Assembly (NCBI GenBank): GCA_019057865.1
Contig: JAHLWP010000006.1
Coordinates: 64,001-128,000, forward strand
DNA from: Promethearchaeota archaeon
GTDB lineage: Archaea > Asgardarchaeota > Lokiarchaeia > Sigyniarchaeales > SOKP01
Reading direction: 5' to 3'
DNA: 64,000 nt
A model generated the notes under the pieces. That model ran no database searches, was not told the DNA's origin, and saw only the letters and a list, made by a program, of their open reading frames with translations. The position numbers were made by a program, and so were the translations under genes. Shown here in pieces: positions 60,769 to 64,000 of the stretch; the first letter of the stretch is position 1, and every line of letters begins with the position of its first letter.

Positions 60769-61782
60769 ATGAGAAATAATGATAAGTTAGGGAATTTAGG
60801 AGAACTTAAACTGATTAAGATTATTGAAGAGACAGTTTATGAAAAGACAGGAAGTCATTTAATCAGAGACGATTCATTCTTTTTCTCGCTTGATCATAAT
60901 GACAAAAATATTCTAATTTTTAATTCTGATATGCTAGTATCGACAACTGATGTACCTTCTCAAATGAAATCTTATCAAATCGGTCGAAAAGCTGTTCTTA
61001 TGAATATTAGCGATTTAATAGTAAAAAGTGTTGAACCACTCGGAATTTTTATTTCTTTAGGGTTGCCTAAAGATATGTTGTTAAAAAATTTTAGAGATTT
61101 AATCTCTGGTATCATTGATTATTGTAAAAAATTAAATTTAGAATATATTGGAGGAGATCTTAATGAAACTAAAGAGATTATTATTAATCCGACTGTATTT
61201 GGAACTCAAGATCCTTCAAAATTAATATATAGAACTGGAATGAAGTCTGGGGATTATTTAGTTGCAAATCGTAAATTTGGCCTAACGGGAGTTGGATTTG
61301 ATATACTACTCTCCAAAAATGGTAATATTGAAAATTATGCCTCATACCGGAGATCAGTAAATAGCATTATAGAACCTGAAGATATAGGTTATGAATCTTT
61401 TATTTTATCCGAAAATAACTTAGCTACTGCAAGTATAGATTCATCTGACGGTTTAGCAAAATCTTTAACTGATTTAATGTATTCTAATCCAAATATAGGT
61501 TTTGAAATTGAATTTAGTGACCAATTAATTGATGAAGAGGCTAAAAATTACTCTAAAAAGTTTAAAATCTCTCTTGAAGACTTAGTTTTTAATGCAGGTG
61601 AGGAATTTATACATCTTTTTACAATCGACCCAAAAGACTATGATACTGCCAAGAAATTAATTAGAGAAAGTAATGGTCAAATTTATTTAATAGGAAAAGT
61701 GATTTCAGACGGTAAGATTTTCTTTTTATCTAAAGGAAAAAAAAATGAATTAAAATACTTTGGATTTGAACATTTTAAATAG
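60769..61782 (+). CDS. thiL: Thiamine-monophosphate kinase
   Basis: LGE..LI; DD; DML; NISD; GGDLN; DSSDGL; GEEF. Confidence 0.92.
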   Translation: MRNNDKLGNLGELKLIKIIEETVYEKTGSHLIRDDSFFFSLDHNDKNILIFNSDMLVSTTDVPSQMKSYQIGRKAVLMNISDLIVKSVEPLGIFISLGLPKDMLLKNFRDLISGIIDYCKKLNLEYIGGDLNETKEIIINPTVFGTQDPSKLIYRTGMKSGDYLVANRKFGLTGVGFDILLSKNGNIENYASYRRSVNSIIEPEDIGYESFILSENNLATASIDSSDGLAKSLTDLMYSNPNIGFEIEFSDQLIDEEAKNYSKKFKISLEDLVFNAGEEFIHLFTIDPKDYDTAKKLIRESNGQIYLIGKVISDGKIFFLSKGKKNELKYFGFEHFK

Positions 61783-61882
61783 AAGAATTCTTATATTATA
61801 GTAAATTTAAACTATTCATATTAAGCAACATCACATTAAGCAACTATTAACTATTGTAAAGATGATATGAAATAATGTTTAA

Positions 61883-61956
61883 GGGCTATTGGCGCAGGCA
61901 GGTAGCGCAGCAGGCTTTTAACCTGACGGTCGGGGGTTCAATTCCCCTATAGCCCG
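61883..61956 (+). tRNA. tRNA-Lys(TTT), intronless
   Basis: Complete cloverleaf; loop CT-TTT-AA. Confidence 0.95.
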
Positions 61957-62063
61957 TTTATTTTTATATGGGTACTTTGATAAACTAAAACCTTGAAGTT
62001 GTCAGACATAATTAAATATAAAAAGATTTATAAATTACAATAGAATTTAACTAAATTGATAAT

Positions 62064-63068
62064 ATGGAAACCATACAATTCAGATTGCCCTCTGATGAAC
62101 CTGAACAACTTTTGGTGAAATCCCAAGATAGTACTAACCCTAGTTATGGCTGTGAACCAGATAAAAGAGACATAGAAACACTTTTACAATATGGAGTTAT
62201 AAATTTGGACAAACCAAGTGGTCCCACTAGTCATGAAGTTGTATCATGGGTTCGTAAAATTTTAGGAATATCAAATGCAGGTCATGGGGGAACATTAGAT
62301 CCTAAAGTAGTTGGGGTTTTACCATGTGCTTTGGGAAGAGCTACACGTGTATTATCTGCTCTTTTAAATGCTGGTAAAGAATATATAGGAATTATGTTTT
62401 TACACACTCATGAAAAAATAAAAAAAATTGAAAAAGTTTTCAAATTATTTACCGGAAAGATTTATCAAAGACCACCAATTAAATCTTCTGTTGTAAGAAA
62501 ATTAAGAGTAAGAGAAATATATTATATTAAAGCACTTGAAGTAAGTAAAAATCATGTTTTATTCCGAGTTGGGTGCGAAGCTGGAACTTATATTAGAAAA
62601 TTGTGTTTTGATATAGGTGAAGTTCTGTGTTCTGGTGCTCATATGCTTGAACTAAGAAGAACTAGAGTAGGTAATTTTATTGAAGATAATAATTTAATTA
62701 CTCTCCAAAATCTGAAAGATGCATTTACAATATATCAAGAAGAAGGAGAAGAATATTATTTAAGAAAGATAATATTTCCAATGGAAAAGATGGTTTCTCA
62801 TATACCAAAAATTTATGTTAGAGACTCTGCTGTTGATGCGTTATGCCACGGTGCGGATTTAGCGGCCGCTGGAGTTTGTTTCATTGATGCAAGAATTAAA
62901 AAAGACATGCAAGTAGCATATATGACTCTTAAAAGAGAATTAATAGGATTTGGAATTACAGAGAAAAATTCAATGGAGATTTATAAAGCAAAATCAGGTA
63001 TTATTGTAAAAACAAATAAGATTTTCATGGAGCGTAGTATTTACCCTCGTTGGAATAAAATAAAATAG
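62064..63068 (+). CDS. cbf5: H/ACA pseudouridine synthase Cbf5
   Basis: DKPSGPTSHEV; GHGGTLDP; CEAGTYIR; PUA domain. Confidence 0.97.
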   Translation: METIQFRLPSDEPEQLLVKSQDSTNPSYGCEPDKRDIETLLQYGVINLDKPSGPTSHEVVSWVRKILGISNAGHGGTLDPKVVGVLPCALGRATRVLSALLNAGKEYIGIMFLHTHEKIKKIEKVFKLFTGKIYQRPPIKSSVVRKLRVREIYYIKALEVSKNHVLFRVGCEAGTYIRKLCFDIGEVLCSGAHMLELRRTRVGNFIEDNNLITLQNLKDAFTIYQEEGEEYYLRKIIFPMEKMVSHIPKIYVRDSAVDALCHGADLAAAGVCFIDARIKKDMQVAYMTLKRELIGFGITEKNSMEIYKAKSGIIVKTNKIFMERSIYPRWNKIK

Positions 63069-63097
63069 AAAAAGAAATAATAAGAATTTCTTTTATC

Positions 63098-63724
63098 ATG
63101 GAAAGAAAAAATCAACATTATTCCACTCATTTTCCAGATGTTAAATTAAAGGTGTATACTATTTCAGAAAGTTTAAGGAGGCATCTTTATATATTTAAAA
63201 CTTTAACCGGAGTTTTTTCTTTTAGAAAGATAGATTTAGGAACAAAAATTTTAATTGAACATATGTTTATTCCTAATGAACCAAGTGGTCTACTCGACTT
63301 GGGATGTGGGTATGGACCTATAGGAATTGTATTAGCATATGAATCACCTAATAGTGTAGTGTATTTAATTGATATTAATAAAAATGCTATTTGGTGTGCC
63401 AAAGAAAATTTAAAAATTAACTTACCAGACAATAAGAAACGTGTAAAAGTATTATCAGGGAATTATTTTGAACCATTAGAAAATAAGGATTTAAAATTTA
63501 ATGGAATTTATATGAATCCCCCCTTGCGAGAAGGGAGAAAAGCATTTATTAAGCTATTATGTGAAATTCCAGATTATTTAAAACCAAATGGATTTTTCCA
63601 GTTTGTAATGAAAAAAAAGATGGGCGCTCTATATATGTTCAAGTTTCTTAAGGACTCTTATCCGGATAAGAAAATCGATATTTTATGCAAAAGAAGTGGA
63701 TATTGGGTTTTTAATTGTTTTTAA
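63098..63724 (+). CDS. RsmC-like class I SAM methyltransferase
   Basis: GVFS..ID.GT; LDLGCGYG; NPP. Confidence 0.92.
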   Translation: MERKNQHYSTHFPDVKLKVYTISESLRRHLYIFKTLTGVFSFRKIDLGTKILIEHMFIPNEPSGLLDLGCGYGPIGIVLAYESPNSVVYLIDINKNAIWCAKENLKINLPDNKKRVKVLSGNYFEPLENKDLKFNGIYMNPPLREGRKAFIKLLCEIPDYLKPNGFFQFVMKKKMGALYMFKFLKDSYPDKKIDILCKRSGYWVFNCF

Positions 63725-63820
63725 GAATAATTATTACTATTTATCATTAAAAGTTCTTGAAGAAATAACGAAAAAATAGAAAAATTTTTTAGAAAAGTAT
63801 GATTTTTTTATATATTATTA

Positions 63821-64000
63821 GTGAGTAAAGAGGATTTTTCCTTGACTAAAAAGCGGATAGATGTTTTACTTCATAAATTTGTGCCTCACCATGTCCTCCT
63901 AACTAAAGAAGAATCTCAGAAGCTTTTACAAAAATACCAAATAGATGTTAATGATCTGCCTCAGATGTTTGAAAAAGATCCAGTTGCTATTGCAATAGGG
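63821..64000 (+). CDS. rpoH: RNA polymerase subunit Rpo5/RpoH (truncated by window edge)
   Basis: IDVLLHKFVPHHVLLTKEESQKLLQKYQIDVNDLPQMFEKDPVAIAIG. Confidence 0.93.
   Translation, partial: MSKEDFSLTKKRIDVLLHKFVPHHVLLTKEESQKLLQKYQIDVNDLPQMFEKDPVAIAIG

Noticed and set aside
61820-61845. ATTAAGCAAC direct repeat x2 upstream of tRNA-Lys
   Set aside because: Only two short copies; not a CRISPR array or an att site.
6408-63432. Short antisense or overlapping ORFs in the track (e.g. 6408-6665, 8737-9243, 18096-18332, 32131-32472, 58097-58597)
   Set aside because: They are shadows on the opposite strand of well-supported genes.
1-64000. CRISPR arrays, transposases, integrases, inteins, rRNA
   Set aside because: None seen. 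DP2, RtcB and Cdc6 are normal length, with no intein motifs.

Overview
AT-rich archaeal chromosome segment. Gene content points to an Asgard archaeon of the Lokiarchaeia type: roadblock-Rab GTPase, longin, Elf1, PolD, Cdc6, GatDE, Nop5/fibrillarin, RtcB/archease and Cbf5. Most of it is housekeeping, with five tRNAs, four of which carry introns. Main finding: two conserved protein-coding genes are interrupted by 30-31 nt stop-containing inserts that fold into tRNA-type bulge-helix-bulge (BHB) splice motifs. In RNase HII (rnhB) the insert sits in GIDEAGR|GP. In Elf1 it sits in CPE|CG. Cutting at the standard BHB positions restores both motifs exactly, which suggests endonuclease/RtcB-type mRNA splicing in an Asgard archaeon. 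Splicing itself is inferred, not shown. Other candidates: an 8-gene operon with a degenerate SMC-like protein, a KITE-like protein and an AAA ATPase; a 50-aa WH2-like micro-protein missing from the ORF track; a polyproline/BAR-like gene pair; RHH-HisKA-REC regulators lacking the ATPase domain; an AN1-finger S2P/pseudo-rhomboid pair; and a tRNA-Leu intron at the non-canonical 30/31 position.
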